Assembly (NCBI GenBank): GCA_016936975.1
Contig: JAFGWU010000014.1
Span: 23,529-87,528 of the forward strand
DNA: 64,000 nt
Reading direction: 5' to 3'
Origin: Bacteroidales bacterium
Lineage (GTDB): Bacteria; Bacteroidota; Bacteroidia; Bacteroidales; GCA-2748055
Position numbers and translations under genes: made by a program. The notes beneath the pieces were generated by a model. The model made no database searches and had not been told where the DNA came from. It was given only the letters and a program-made list of their open reading frames with translations. Positions 1-9,278 of the stretch are shown here, in pieces (position 1 is the first letter of the stretch; each line of letters begins with the position of its first letter).

Positions 1-1815
1 ATACTGCCGGGAATATACTTAATTCTGGCATTCCTCTACATCTTTTTCATTACAAGGCCCGAATTCTATTTTCACCACGTCCAGCCCCCTTTTATCCTGA
101 GCATCGATTACCTGGTCCCTTACCTTAAAGTACCGGGAGGACTTTCAGAAATGATCGCCAATCTTTTTATGCAATCCTTCTGTTACCGGGTTCCGGGAAC
201 GATCGTATTATTTGGCCTGGCTGGTTTCATCGGATGGCTGGCACTCGAACTGATGAACCTGATCCGGACCAGCAGGCTGAACCGGATATGGGCCCTGATA
301 CCTTTCAGCCTTACGATCATTCTGACCAACCATTATAACTTCCCTTTTTCAGTCATTGTTTCACTGCTGATCGTACTGACCTGCTCTTTGCTCCTGGCCA
401 AAAAAGGAAAACGCCCCGCAGGCATCCTGATCCTTTACACCTTCGGGTCCCTGATGGTATATTATTCCTCGGGAAGCGGTTATATGATTCTTTTCTCACT
501 GATGGCATGGTTCTTTACCTTCCGGTTTAATCTCTGGAAAAGCCTGTTGATCGCCCTCTTTATTGCAGGATTTACCTTTTTTTTCTGCCGTGTTGCCTCT
601 GCAACCCTGTTTCCAATACCTCAGGAACACACCTTTTTCTATTTCTTCCCCGGGAAAATCTATTTCATGACCTTTGAGCCAAATGTCATATTTTATATTT
701 ACCTGTTATCGGTTCCGGGTCTGTTACTGCTGGCCTTCATCATGACCGGGATACAACGGGAGAAAAGAACGGATTCGTCGAAAAAGGTTATCATGATGGC
801 GGGCAAGGCATTTGCCGTTGCCACATTACTGGCCCTCACATTCTCTGGTCACCGGGCCACCTGCCGGGGCGATGCAGGAAAGATTGTGGCCGTCGATTAT
901 TATTGCTATCATAATGATACGGCACGAACCGCAAAGGTTGCCAGAAGTCTGGATAATTATAGTCTGACTGCTAACCTGAATTACAACCTTGCCATCAGCA
1001 AAGCCGGAACCATGACGGAAGATTTTTTTAAGTTCCTGCAACTGGCAGGGACCGATGCACTGCATCCCGATGCGGAGTTTGATCCGGAAAAGTCATTTAT
1101 AGCTGCAGATTTTTATTATAATCTGGGTTATATCACCGAAGCCAGGCACTGGGCATACGCATCCCTGGTGGATTTTCCCTACAGTCCCCGGGCATTGAGG
1201 ATCCTGGTGAAAATACATCTGATCACAGGGGAGTACAATGCGGCCCGGAGGTGCCTGATTATCTTAAGCAAAGGACTCACAAACAGAAAATTCGTAAGGG
1301 AATTTTCCCCTTACCTGCAGGATACATCGATGATTGAAACCTGCAGAGAGATTATGGAAAAAAGAAATTTCATCCCGGCTGAGAAAGAGCTGACCCCATT
1401 TATTGATGTGAGATTCCGGGAGCTTCTTGAGGCAAACGCACGAAACAAGTTTGCCTATGAGCATCTGGTGCTCTATTACCTCCTGGATGCACAGCTGGAA
1501 CGTTTCATGGAACTTTATGAAGATGCGGACAACTATTTCAGCGAACCTGTGGATATCTATGAAGAGGCTATATTGATGTTTGGTGAAGTGAATGATAGTC
1601 CTGTGAATCAACCATATCAAATCAGCCCCGGAACCATGGCCCGGTACAGGGAGTTTAACAGCATCCTTGAGCAATATGAAGGAGATGAGAAGATGGCCAG
1701 AAATGTGCTCTACTGGAAAATGGGTACCGGTTACCTCTATTATTTCCACTTTATTTATCCACGCATAGTAAAACCTGTAATCATTTATCCGGAAGATGAA
1801 GAACCACCGATATAG
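1..1815 (+). CDS. DUF6057-like membrane protein (N-terminal TM helices plus C-terminal TPR-like helical domain); 5' end lies outside the window
   Basis: Frame +1 is open from base 1 (ILPGIYLILAFLYIFF...PYLKVPGGLSEM). Several hydrophobic segments are followed by a soluble helical region (YNLAI, DFYYNLG, AYEHLVLYYLL). It sits directly upstream of a TolB-like gene, as is typical for this family. Confidence 0.7.
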   Translation: MLPGIYLILAFLYIFFITRPEFYFHHVQPPFILSIDYLVPYLKVPGGLSEMIANLFMQSFCYRVPGTIVLFGLAGFIGWLALELMNLIRTSRLNRIWALIPFSLTIILTNHYNFPFSVIVSLLIVLTCSLLLAKKGKRPAGILILYTFGSLMVYYSSGSGYMILFSLMAWFFTFRFNLWKSLLIALFIAGFTFFFCRVASATLFPIPQEHTFFYFFPGKIYFMTFEPNVIFYIYLLSVPGLLLLAFIMTGIQREKRTDSSKKVIMMAGKAFAVATLLALTFSGHRATCRGDAGKIVAVDYYCYHNDTARTAKVARSLDNYSLTANLNYNLAISKAGTMTEDFFKFLQLAGTDALHPDAEFDPEKSFIAADFYYNLGYITEARHWAYASLVDFPYSPRALRILVKIHLITGEYNAARRCLIILSKGLTNRKFVREFSPYLQDTSMIETCREIMEKRNFIPAEKELTPFIDVRFRELLEANARNKFAYEHLVLYYLLDAQLERFMELYEDADNYFSEPVDIYEEAILMFGEVNDSPVNQPYQISPGTMARYREFNSILEQYEGDEKMARNVLYWKMGTGYLYYFHFIYPRIVKPVIIYPEDEEPPI

Positions 1816-3304
1816 CGAAAAACCTTTTCCCGGGTCCTTCCCCCGGCATATTCTGTTCCACGGTCTGGTTGCGGTGATTATCACCATGCTTGCAGGCTGC
1901 AGGGGAGATGACCGTAGCAACTCCGAGGCAAACAGGGTGGCAAAACTATTTCCGCCCTATTACGATCTGACCATACCACCGAACATCGCTCCCCTCAATT
2001 TCATCATTCAGGAACCGGGTTCAGGATTCAGGGTTGAGATATCAGCCGGTAACAGCAAAACCATTAAAATCCGGCAATGCTCTCCCGAAATTACAATCCC
2101 TCTCCAGAAATGGCACAATATCCTTTCCGGTAATTCCGGGAAAACAGTGCAGGTGAATATCAGTGTCCTGGACCACAACAGGTGGACACGGTATGAACCG
2201 ATCACGCATCATATCGCTTCGGATCCCATTGATCCGGTCCTGGCTTACCGGAAGGTTCATGCCGTGTATCTGATCTGGAGAGAAATGGGGATCTACACCC
2301 GTAACCTTACCAATTTCGATGAACGTCCGCTTATTGAAAATTATTCAACCGGTTATGGATGCATGAATTGTCATTCATTTTCAAATAATGATCCATCGAA
2401 AATGCTCATTCATTTCCGCATTGTCCATCCGGGAACCCTTATATTGAACGAGGGAATGCTTTTAAAGGTTAATACACGCACACCGGATGCCATGTCTGCC
2501 GGGATCTATCCCTCCTGGCACCCTGACGGAAACCATATCGCATTTTCCACAGGGAAAATCAGCCCCCATCTTACGACCCGGTTGAACAAAGTGGTGGATG
2601 TGGCCGACAGGTCCTCGGACCTGGTGGTGTATGATGTTAAAAACAATACGGTTACAACCTCACCCGGGATATCCACCGGGATGCGGGAAAATATGCCGGC
2701 CTGGTCTGCCGATGGAAGGTACCTTTATTTTATTTGCGCCCCTGAAGCCGTAAAAGGGGATGACGAGAGCCTGTTGCATTCGAGGTACAGCCTGATGCGG
2801 ATTGCTTACAGCACAAAGCTGAATTCCTGGGGTGAGCCTGAAATGGTCTTAAGTGCCGATTCAACAGGGATGAGCATATCCATGCCCTCGGTCTCTCCCG
2901 GCGGAAAATACCTGGTCTGTTCAATGACGGATTATGGCTACTTTACAATCTTCCATAAAGGGAGCGATCTGTATGTTGTTGATCTGGAAACAAATAATTA
3001 CAGGAAACTTGAACTTAACAGCGGGAGTGCCGAAAGTCATCCATCCTGGTCGTCCAACGGAAGGTGGCTGGTCTTCAGCAGTAAACGGATGGACGATGTG
3101 TTGTCGCGGACCTATATTGCGTATTTCGACAGAAACGGGGTGGCCCATACCCCGTTTGTTCTGCCTATAAAAAATCCCGGGTCGTACCATACATCAGTCT
3201 TTAACTACAACCTTCCCAGGCTGGTAACCGGCAGAATTGAAACAGGTCCGGTTGACATACGGGATGCGTTACAAAAAGGATCCCTGGAGGTTGACTTTGA
3301 GTGA
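1796..3304 (+). CDS. TolB/PD40-type beta-propeller lipoprotein with CxxCH motif
   Basis: Lipobox LAGC; family motif IPPNIAPLNF; GCMNCH; PD40-like repeats YPSWHPDG, MPAWSADG, MPSVSPGG, HPSWSSNG. Overlaps the upstream gene by 20 nt. Confidence 0.75.
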   Translation: MKNHRYSEKPFPGSFPRHILFHGLVAVIITMLAGCRGDDRSNSEANRVAKLFPPYYDLTIPPNIAPLNFIIQEPGSGFRVEISAGNSKTIKIRQCSPEITIPLQKWHNILSGNSGKTVQVNISVLDHNRWTRYEPITHHIASDPIDPVLAYRKVHAVYLIWREMGIYTRNLTNFDERPLIENYSTGYGCMNCHSFSNNDPSKMLIHFRIVHPGTLILNEGMLLKVNTRTPDAMSAGIYPSWHPDGNHIAFSTGKISPHLTTRLNKVVDVADRSSDLVVYDVKNNTVTTSPGISTGMRENMPAWSADGRYLYFICAPEAVKGDDESLLHSRYSLMRIAYSTKLNSWGEPEMVLSADSTGMSISMPSVSPGGKYLVCSMTDYGYFTIFHKGSDLYVVDLETNNYRKLELNSGSAESHPSWSSNGRWLVFSSKRMDDVLSRTYIAYFDRNGVAHTPFVLPIKNPGSYHTSVFNYNLPRLVTGRIETGPVDIRDALQKGSLEVDFE

Positions 3305-3397
3305 CCTGCCTGTTCCTGATATAATTTGTTATTAGGAGTTTAAACCAGAAGCAACCCTTATTCTTCCTGCCCCATCTTGTGTTCAGATTAGCTGCTT

Positions 3398-3925
3398 ATG
3401 AAAAAGTCATTGTTCTTTATACTGATCCTTCTGATTTATGCCTCATGCGAGACGGTTGATAACCTTCCTTCCGGAGGACAACCGGTTTATTTCGAATACG
3501 AATACATCAACTTTGCATGGGGCTACCAGTTTAACGGGTGGATTATCGACAGTGAAGGAAATGTCAGGTACTATGAATTTCCGGAAGATTGGAAGAGCGC
3601 CGACAGAACCGGGTTTATCGGACAGGCAGACCTGGCATATAATATCAGCCTGGCGGATTCGGTTATTAAAACCATCGGTTCAACAGAATTAATGAATCAT
3701 GTTGCCCTGATTGAAGGGGCAAAGGATGGACATATTTCCGAACGGGTAAATACGGCATGTGATGCCGGAACGGCGTCCCTTTATTGTTATTGGTATCACT
3801 CGACAGAGGCAGCCTGCAAGAAAATCTTCCTGGCTGCGTCCGGGGACTTTACCTGGAAGAATGAGTCTGAGGAAGCTGAAGAACTGGTCAGATGGCTTAA
3901 GAAGTTTGGCGTTTTTTGGCTTTGA
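3398..3925 (+). CDS. Hypothetical lipoprotein
   Basis: MKK plus hydrophobic stretch plus YASC lipobox; 175 aa with normal composition. Confidence 0.7.
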   Translation: MKKSLFFILILLIYASCETVDNLPSGGQPVYFEYEYINFAWGYQFNGWIIDSEGNVRYYEFPEDWKSADRTGFIGQADLAYNISLADSVIKTIGSTELMNHVALIEGAKDGHISERVNTACDAGTASLYCYWYHSTEAACKKIFLAASGDFTWKNESEEAEELVRWLKKFGVFWL

Positions 3926-3946
3926 ATCCCCCTTCAGTCTATCAGG

Positions 3947-4000
3947 ACCCTGAACCCTGGACCCTGAACCCTGCACCCTGCACCCTGGACCCTGCACCCT
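3947..4000. repeat. Heptamer tandem repeat ACCCTG(A/G/C), 7 full units plus a partial
   Basis: Read directly: accctga accctgg accctga accctgc accctgc accctgg accctgc accct, between convergent stop codons. Confidence 0.95.
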
Positions 4001-4037
4001 CAATCGCCCAATGGCCCATTATCCAGGGAACCGTTAC

Positions 4038-5705
4038 TTAAAACAGTCCCGAAATATTTCCCTCATTATCGATGTCGATATTTTCGGCCGCCGGTTTGGA
4101 GGGGAGACCGGGCATACGCATGATGGTCCCGGTGATGGGGATCACAAATCCTGCTCCGGACGCAATCTCGATCTCGCGCACGGTCACGACAAAATCCTTC
4201 GGACGACCCAGCAGTTCGGGATTGTCCGAAAGGGATTTCTGTGTCTTTGCAATGCAAACAGGCAGGTTATCGAGACCGAGGTCCTTGATCTTTTGTAAAT
4301 CCTGCTTTGCCTGGGCAGTGTAGTCGACCGCTTCAGCCCCGTAAATGCATCTGGCGATGGTTTCCACCTTTTTCTCCGTGGGCCAGTCCCATTCATAAAG
4401 GGGCGTAAACGGCCGGTCGTTCCGGTTCACCACTTCGGCCACCTTATTGGCCAGATCCTTTGCCCCTTCTCCGCCCTTTGCCCATACATCGGCCACCGCA
4501 CAGGCGACTCCAAGTTTCCCTGCATGCTCCGTGATCGCCCCGATCTCCTCGTCGGTGTCTGATTTGAACCGGTTGATGGAGATGATGCACTCGGTGGAAA
4601 ACCTTTTGATGTTCTCTACATGTTTATCCAGATTGGCCAATCCTTTCCGGAGGGCCTCCACATTGGGTTCCCCAAGTTTATTTTGCTCAATCCCCCCGTG
4701 ATATTTGAGGGCCCTGATGGTGGCCACAAGCACTACGGCGCGGGGCGATAACCCTGCACTGCGGCATTTGATATCGAAGAATTTCTCGGCTCCCAGATCA
4801 AAACCGAACCCGGCCTCGGTGACGACATACTCTGAATGCGACAGTCCCATTCTTGTGGCAATGACGGAATTGGTACCCTGTGCAATGTTGGCGAACGGAC
4901 CGCCATGGATAATGGCCGGATTTCCCTCCAGGGTCTGAACCAGGTTCGGTTTGATGGCATCCTTCAGCAAGACCGTCATGGCGCCTTCGGCATGGAGGTC
5001 CCTGGCATACACAGGTTTCTTATCATAGGTATACCCGATGAAAATGTTCCCAATCCTCTTTTTGAGATCGGAGAGGTTATCGGCAAGGCATAGGATCGCC
5101 ATGATCTCCGATGCGGCAGTGATGTCAAATCCCGATTCACGGGGCACGCCGGAAGTGGTTCCTCCCAGGCCGATAATGATCCGCCGGAGGGCACGATCGT
5201 TCATGTCCATCACCCGTTTCCACTTCACAGTGCGCGGATCAATGCCAATGGAACCTGTTTTGCTCTGAATGTTATTGTCTATCAATGCAGCCAACAGGTT
5301 ATGTGCCTTTTCAATGGCGGCAAAATCGCCCGTGAAGTGCAGGTTGATATCTTCCATCGGCAGGACCTGACTGTATCCGCCGCCCGTGGCACCTCCCTTG
5401 ATTCCGAAAACAGGTCCCAGGGAAGGCTCCCTCAATACTACCGTGGTCTGGTAGCCCAGCCTGTTCATCCCTTCCGCCAGCCCGATGGAAGTGGTGGTTT
5501 TGCCCTCTCCGGCCGGAGTGGGGGAGATTGCAGAGACCAAAATGAGTTTTCCCTTTCTTACCTTCTCCGGATCAATCAGGTCCAGCGGCAGTTTGGCGAT
5601 ATACTTACCGTAGAAGTGAAGTTTTTCGGATTCAATATTAAGTCCCGAAGCAATCTCCGGGATGGGTCTGAGCGTTGTAGCCCGGGCAATGTCAATGTCG
5701 GTCAT
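4038..5705 (-). CDS. fhs: Formate--tetrahydrofolate ligase
   Basis: Signature motifs PTPAGEGKTT, GIKGGATGGGYSQV, HGGPFANIA, TEAGFG, MPGLP. Confidence 0.98.
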   Translation of the reverse strand: MTDIDIARATTLRPIPEIASGLNIESEKLHFYGKYIAKLPLDLIDPEKVRKGKLILVSAISPTPAGEGKTTTSIGLAEGMNRLGYQTTVVLREPSLGPVFGIKGGATGGGYSQVLPMEDINLHFTGDFAAIEKAHNLLAALIDNNIQSKTGSIGIDPRTVKWKRVMDMNDRALRRIIIGLGGTTSGVPRESGFDITAASEIMAILCLADNLSDLKKRIGNIFIGYTYDKKPVYARDLHAEGAMTVLLKDAIKPNLVQTLEGNPAIIHGGPFANIAQGTNSVIATRMGLSHSEYVVTEAGFGFDLGAEKFFDIKCRSAGLSPRAVVLVATIRALKYHGGIEQNKLGEPNVEALRKGLANLDKHVENIKRFSTECIISINRFKSDTDEEIGAITEHAGKLGVACAVADVWAKGGEGAKDLANKVAEVVNRNDRPFTPLYEWDWPTEKKVETIARCIYGAEAVDYTAQAKQDLQKIKDLGLDNLPVCIAKTQKSLSDNPELLGRPKDFVVTVREIEIASGAGFVIPITGTIMRMPGLPSKPAAENIDIDNEGNISGLF

Positions 5706-5877
5706 GGACTTTTGTGCTAAGGTTTTGTAACAAATGGATGCGAATTCCTAAAATTACTATTTTATTGGTGAAACACAAATTCCGGTTGGCAGCAGGCCGA
5801 ACCTGCACCATGCACCAGTCAATTAATCCCGACAGGTTTCCAAAGGATCCCAGAAAATGTCCCGATCTCTTCAAAGG

Positions 5878-6444
5878 TCAGCCTTGTGACGTCTGATTAC
5901 TGTCAAATGGCTCCGGAACCTGACACAATGTCACCGGAATGTCTTCAGATGCGGGGTGAAGGCTAACAAATGCGGACTGAAGGTTAACAAATGCGGACTG
6001 AAGGTTAACAAATGCGGACTGAAGGTTAACAAATGCGGCGTGAAGGTGATCAGATGGCACCGGAAGCTGACATAATGTCACCGGAATGGGCTCAAATGCG
6101 ATCTGAATGTCTCCAGATGCGGGGTGAATGTTAACAGAAACGGATTGAAGGTTAACAAATGCCGAGTGAAGGTCATCAGATGGCACCCGAAGCTGACACA
6201 ATGTCACCGGAATGTCTTCAGATGCGGGGTGAAGGCTAACAAATGCGGACGGAAGGTCAACAAATGCCGAGTGAAGGTGATCAGATGGCATCCGAAGCTG
6301 ACACAATGTCACCGTAATGGACTCAAATGCGATCTCGAATCCGCATCTGTCCGACCGCCAAAGGACCAGGTTTGCCAAATAATTGTACTTTTGAGGAACC
6401 GATTTATCCATCTCCTGTATATTTAACACAGGACCCCGATCCAT
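5878..6444 (-). CDS. Possible heptad-repeat protein (SAFVNLQ-like) spanning the 21-bp array; may be non-coding
   Basis: Open frame across the array. An open frame is expected for a repeat whose period is a multiple of 3, so this is weak evidence. Confidence 0.25.
   Translation of the reverse strand: MDRGPVLNIQEMDKSVPQKYNYLANLVLWRSDRCGFEIAFESITVTLCQLRMPSDHLHSAFVDLPSAFVSLHPASEDIPVTLCQLRVPSDDLHSAFVNLQSVSVNIHPASGDIQIAFEPIPVTLCQLPVPSDHLHAAFVNLQSAFVNLQSAFVNLQSAFVSLHPASEDIPVTLCQVPEPFDSNQTSQG
5894..6334. repeat. 21-bp degenerate tandem array (21 units) with higher-order block structure
   Basis: Units align without indels at exactly 21 bp (e.g. tgaaggttaacaaatgcggac, ggaatgtcttcagatgcgggg, cgaagctgacacaatgtcacc). 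GAA and ATG columns are conserved. Confidence 0.95.
6386..6393 (+). promoter_or_regulatory. Bacteroidota -7 promoter box TACTTTTG upstream of the GH31 gene
   Basis: Matches TAnnTTTG about 50 nt upstream of the ATG. Confidence 0.5.
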
Positions 6445-9042
6445 ATGTACATGAAGATTAAACCAATTCTATTTTTTCTGTGCCTGGGATTCATGATCGT
6501 TTCCCGGTCCAATTCGCAGTCGATCGTTACAGTGACCGAAGAGGCTGATCAATTTCTCCTCTCCTCGGAAGCCCTGCACCTGAAAATTAAAAAAGATCCC
6601 TGGCATATCTCCGTTTATGACACGAAAGGGAATTTCATCTCCGGGGAGAAAAGCGGGGAGGTCTTCCTGTTCGGGACAGACCGGATCAGGGGTTGTGAAA
6701 GCGGTGATTATATTGAGATGGGATACGACACGCTGGTGAAAAGGGATCCTCATTTCTACCACCTGTATGATGAATCGGTCATCATCGGCGAATCGGTGGT
6801 TTTTGAATGTTTTACGGAATCGGGGAAAGCAGCACAGGTTTATGTAACCTTTCGAAATCCGTTTGTGTTCAGCGTATGGATGACCGTGCCCGATGTCGTC
6901 CAGCCTGTACGGCACCGGTTTGTTTCCGATGAGGGTGAGCATTTCTTCGGACTGGGGGAGTGCTGGGATGCGAGATCTCTGGATTTAAAAGGCCTTTCAA
7001 TTACCATGAACAATTCCTCTGGCACGCCCGACCAGGGTGGCTATATCCCTTTTTATGTCAGCACAGAAGGTTACGGGATCCTGGTGGACAATAACCTGAA
7101 GGTGAATTTCAATTTCACGGAGAGCGATGAGGTGTTCATCACTGCTCCGGCCATAAGCGGAAGTGAGGACGGGGCCGGCTATTTTTACGGTTCTTCCCTG
7201 CTCTATTACTTTTATTACGGACCCGGTCTGCTGGATGTCCTGGACCGGTTCACCGAACATGTTTCGAGACCTGCTCTGCCTCCTTCATGGGCCCTGTTCT
7301 CAACCTGGCAGTGGAGGGATACCAACGACGAAGCCAACGTATATAAGGATGCCGCCGGCATGCGTGATGAAGGGATACCCTGCGGATTGATCTGGATCGA
7401 CCGGCCCTGGGCGCAGGGAAGCGAGAACATGCCCCCTCCCTTTGAGTGGCAGACATCGAGATACCCCAACGGAAGCACCATGTTCGGCGACCTGCAGGAC
7501 GGGGGATATAAAACCGGCGTATGGGTGGCCAGGAACCTGTACGGCAGTTTTGCCGATTCAATGAATTACAAGCAGCTGAAGCTCGACACCAGACCATTCA
7601 TTGAGCGGGACAACTGCCAGATGTACAAGATCGACCGGGGGAACGTACAGAGTATCGACCCCCTGTTCACCTGCCAGGCTTACTACGAGGCCTGGGACGA
7701 TGTGCTGCACGGCGATTTCGTCACCCTGCCCCGGACCATTGCGAATCGCGCCCAGCAATATGTCTCCGGAAAATGGCCCGGGGACAATGATAATACCTAC
7801 GATTATCCCAGCGGACTGAAAGCCAACATTGCAGCCATGCTGAACCTGGCCATTGCCGGTTTCCCCTTCTGGGGAAGCGATACGGGAGGGTTCCCCGATC
7901 CGCCGGGCAATAACGTTACCATCCGGTGGGCACAGTTCTCCAGCTTCTGCACCATCTTTGAAACAGCCGGGACACCCTATAATTACAGCGGGACCTACCG
8001 GGACCTCTACCGGAAGTATGCCGAACTCTATACCCGCATGTTCCCCTACCGCTGGACCTATGCCCGGATGGCACATGAAAAGGGACACCCTGTTACTAGA
8101 GCCCTGCCTTTAGTGTTTCCGCAGGATGAAACAGGTTATGGAGAAAAATTTGAATATCTGTACGGCGACTGGATCCTGGTGGCCCCGGTAGTGGACGCCA
8201 CCTTTTCCAGGGATGTCTATCTGCCGGAAGGGACATGGTACGACTGGTGGGACGGTATGCCATATGAAGGCCCCATGACCATTAACGGTTATCCCGCGCC
8301 GGAAGATAAACTGCCCCTGTTCATTAAAGCAGGTGCCATAATCCCCATGATCGATGTTCAGCAAACCTGGCTGGATGCCAGCATGGATCCCATTACTCTC
8401 AGGATGTATCCTGAAGGGGAATCGGAATTCACCATTCTGGGAGATACCATTATTTATGAAGGTTTGGAGAAGCCGTATACCGGTTTAAAGACTACAAATG
8501 TCAAATGTTCAAAGACAGTGGGTGAAATCCGGATTGTTACCGGGGAGGTAACCGGATCACTCATCTATGAGTTACATCCCGGGGGAATCCCGCTTTCGGT
8601 GGAAAAGAATGAAACCGCTTTGCAGCAATTCAATTCCCGTTCCGAATGGGAGACAGCCCACGAAGGCTGGTATTATGAAGCCGGAAACGGCTCCATTGCC
8701 TGGATCAAAACTGCTGGTGGTGAACCGCGTGCCGATACCCTGCTGGTATTTTATGAGGATTTTGTCGCCACGGAATCTTTCATTGGGTTTTCTTCATTTG
8801 AGATTGTTCCCAATCCGGTCGGGGAGAAAGGAAAGATAGTGATAAACCTGACCCGCAACGCAATGGTTCAGATTGATGTGGTGGATATCCTCGGGCGGCA
8901 GGCTGTCCGGATGCCTGATGAATCCCATGCACCCGGGAGACATGAAATCGATCTCCCCGTTGACGGGCTCTACAGCGGACTTTACCTGGTAACCTGCAGG
9001 GTAAACGGGTCCTGCGGAACGGAGTTGATGGTGGTACGGTAG
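6445..9042 (+). CDS. GH31-family glycoside hydrolase with signal peptide and T9SS type A C-terminal domain
   Basis: FFGLGE, IPFYVS, WIDRPW, YKIDRG (nucleophile position), WPGDN (acid/base), PFWGSDTGGF, GHPVTRAL, ILVAPV, YLPEGTWYDWW. C-terminus IVPNP...DILGR...SGLYLV is typical of a T9SS CTD. Confidence 0.88.
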   Translation: MYMKIKPILFFLCLGFMIVSRSNSQSIVTVTEEADQFLLSSEALHLKIKKDPWHISVYDTKGNFISGEKSGEVFLFGTDRIRGCESGDYIEMGYDTLVKRDPHFYHLYDESVIIGESVVFECFTESGKAAQVYVTFRNPFVFSVWMTVPDVVQPVRHRFVSDEGEHFFGLGECWDARSLDLKGLSITMNNSSGTPDQGGYIPFYVSTEGYGILVDNNLKVNFNFTESDEVFITAPAISGSEDGAGYFYGSSLLYYFYYGPGLLDVLDRFTEHVSRPALPPSWALFSTWQWRDTNDEANVYKDAAGMRDEGIPCGLIWIDRPWAQGSENMPPPFEWQTSRYPNGSTMFGDLQDGGYKTGVWVARNLYGSFADSMNYKQLKLDTRPFIERDNCQMYKIDRGNVQSIDPLFTCQAYYEAWDDVLHGDFVTLPRTIANRAQQYVSGKWPGDNDNTYDYPSGLKANIAAMLNLAIAGFPFWGSDTGGFPDPPGNNVTIRWAQFSSFCTIFETAGTPYNYSGTYRDLYRKYAELYTRMFPYRWTYARMAHEKGHPVTRALPLVFPQDETGYGEKFEYLYGDWILVAPVVDATFSRDVYLPEGTWYDWWDGMPYEGPMTINGYPAPEDKLPLFIKAGAIIPMIDVQQTWLDASMDPITLRMYPEGESEFTILGDTIIYEGLEKPYTGLKTTNVKCSKTVGEIRIVTGEVTGSLIYELHPGGIPLSVEKNETALQQFNSRSEWETAHEGWYYEAGNGSIAWIKTAGGEPRADTLLVFYEDFVATESFIGFSSFEIVPNPVGEKGKIVINLTRNAMVQIDVVDILGRQAVRMPDESHAPGRHEIDLPVDGLYSGLYLVTCRVNGSCGTELMVVR

Positions 9043-9054
9043 TTCAGGGCTTTG

Positions 9055-9080
9055 TCCTCCGTAGCCTTGGCGAAGGAGGA
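9055..9080. repeat. REP-like palindrome TCCTCCGTAGCCTTGGCGAAGGAGGA
   Basis: TCCTCC/GGAGGA outer stem with an inner GCC/GGC stem, 12 nt after the GH31 stop. Flanked by TCAGGG copies. Confidence 0.65.
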
Positions 9081-9211
9081 TCAGGGTTCAGGGGGCTCAC
9101 CTGCGTTGCTACAGGCAACTTCGGTAGAGAAAGCAGGATCTTGATTCTTCATTTAGCTGAGTATACTGCTAAAAATCGTTGATATTCCAGGCCAGGCATG
9201 GCGTAGCTACG

Positions 9212-9267
9212 ACTGCTTACTGCTTACTGCTTACTGCTTACTGCTTACTGGTTCCCGGTTCCGGGTT
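9212..9267. repeat. Heptamer tandem repeat ACTGCTT x5 plus 3 degenerate units
   Basis: Read directly; ends just before the GH106 stop codon. Confidence 0.95.
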
Positions 9268-9278
9268 AAATGATGTTT

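Noticed and set aside
3689..4003. ORF beginning RVQGPGCRVQGSGSRVQG
   Set aside because: It is a translation of the heptamer repeat and is antisense to a lipoprotein gene.
5706..5880. ZTP or THF riboswitch upstream of fhs
   Set aside because: Only a partial GACTGG match on the minus strand; the other conserved elements and pairings are not recognisable.
5894..6334. CRISPR array
   Set aside because: The units are contiguous 21-mers that recur, with no unique spacers and no cas genes in the window.
7300..8090. Apparently GC-richer segment inside GH31 suggesting mosaic origin
   Set aside because: This is an impression only; I cannot compute windowed GC or codon usage, and it may just reflect the conserved catalytic core.
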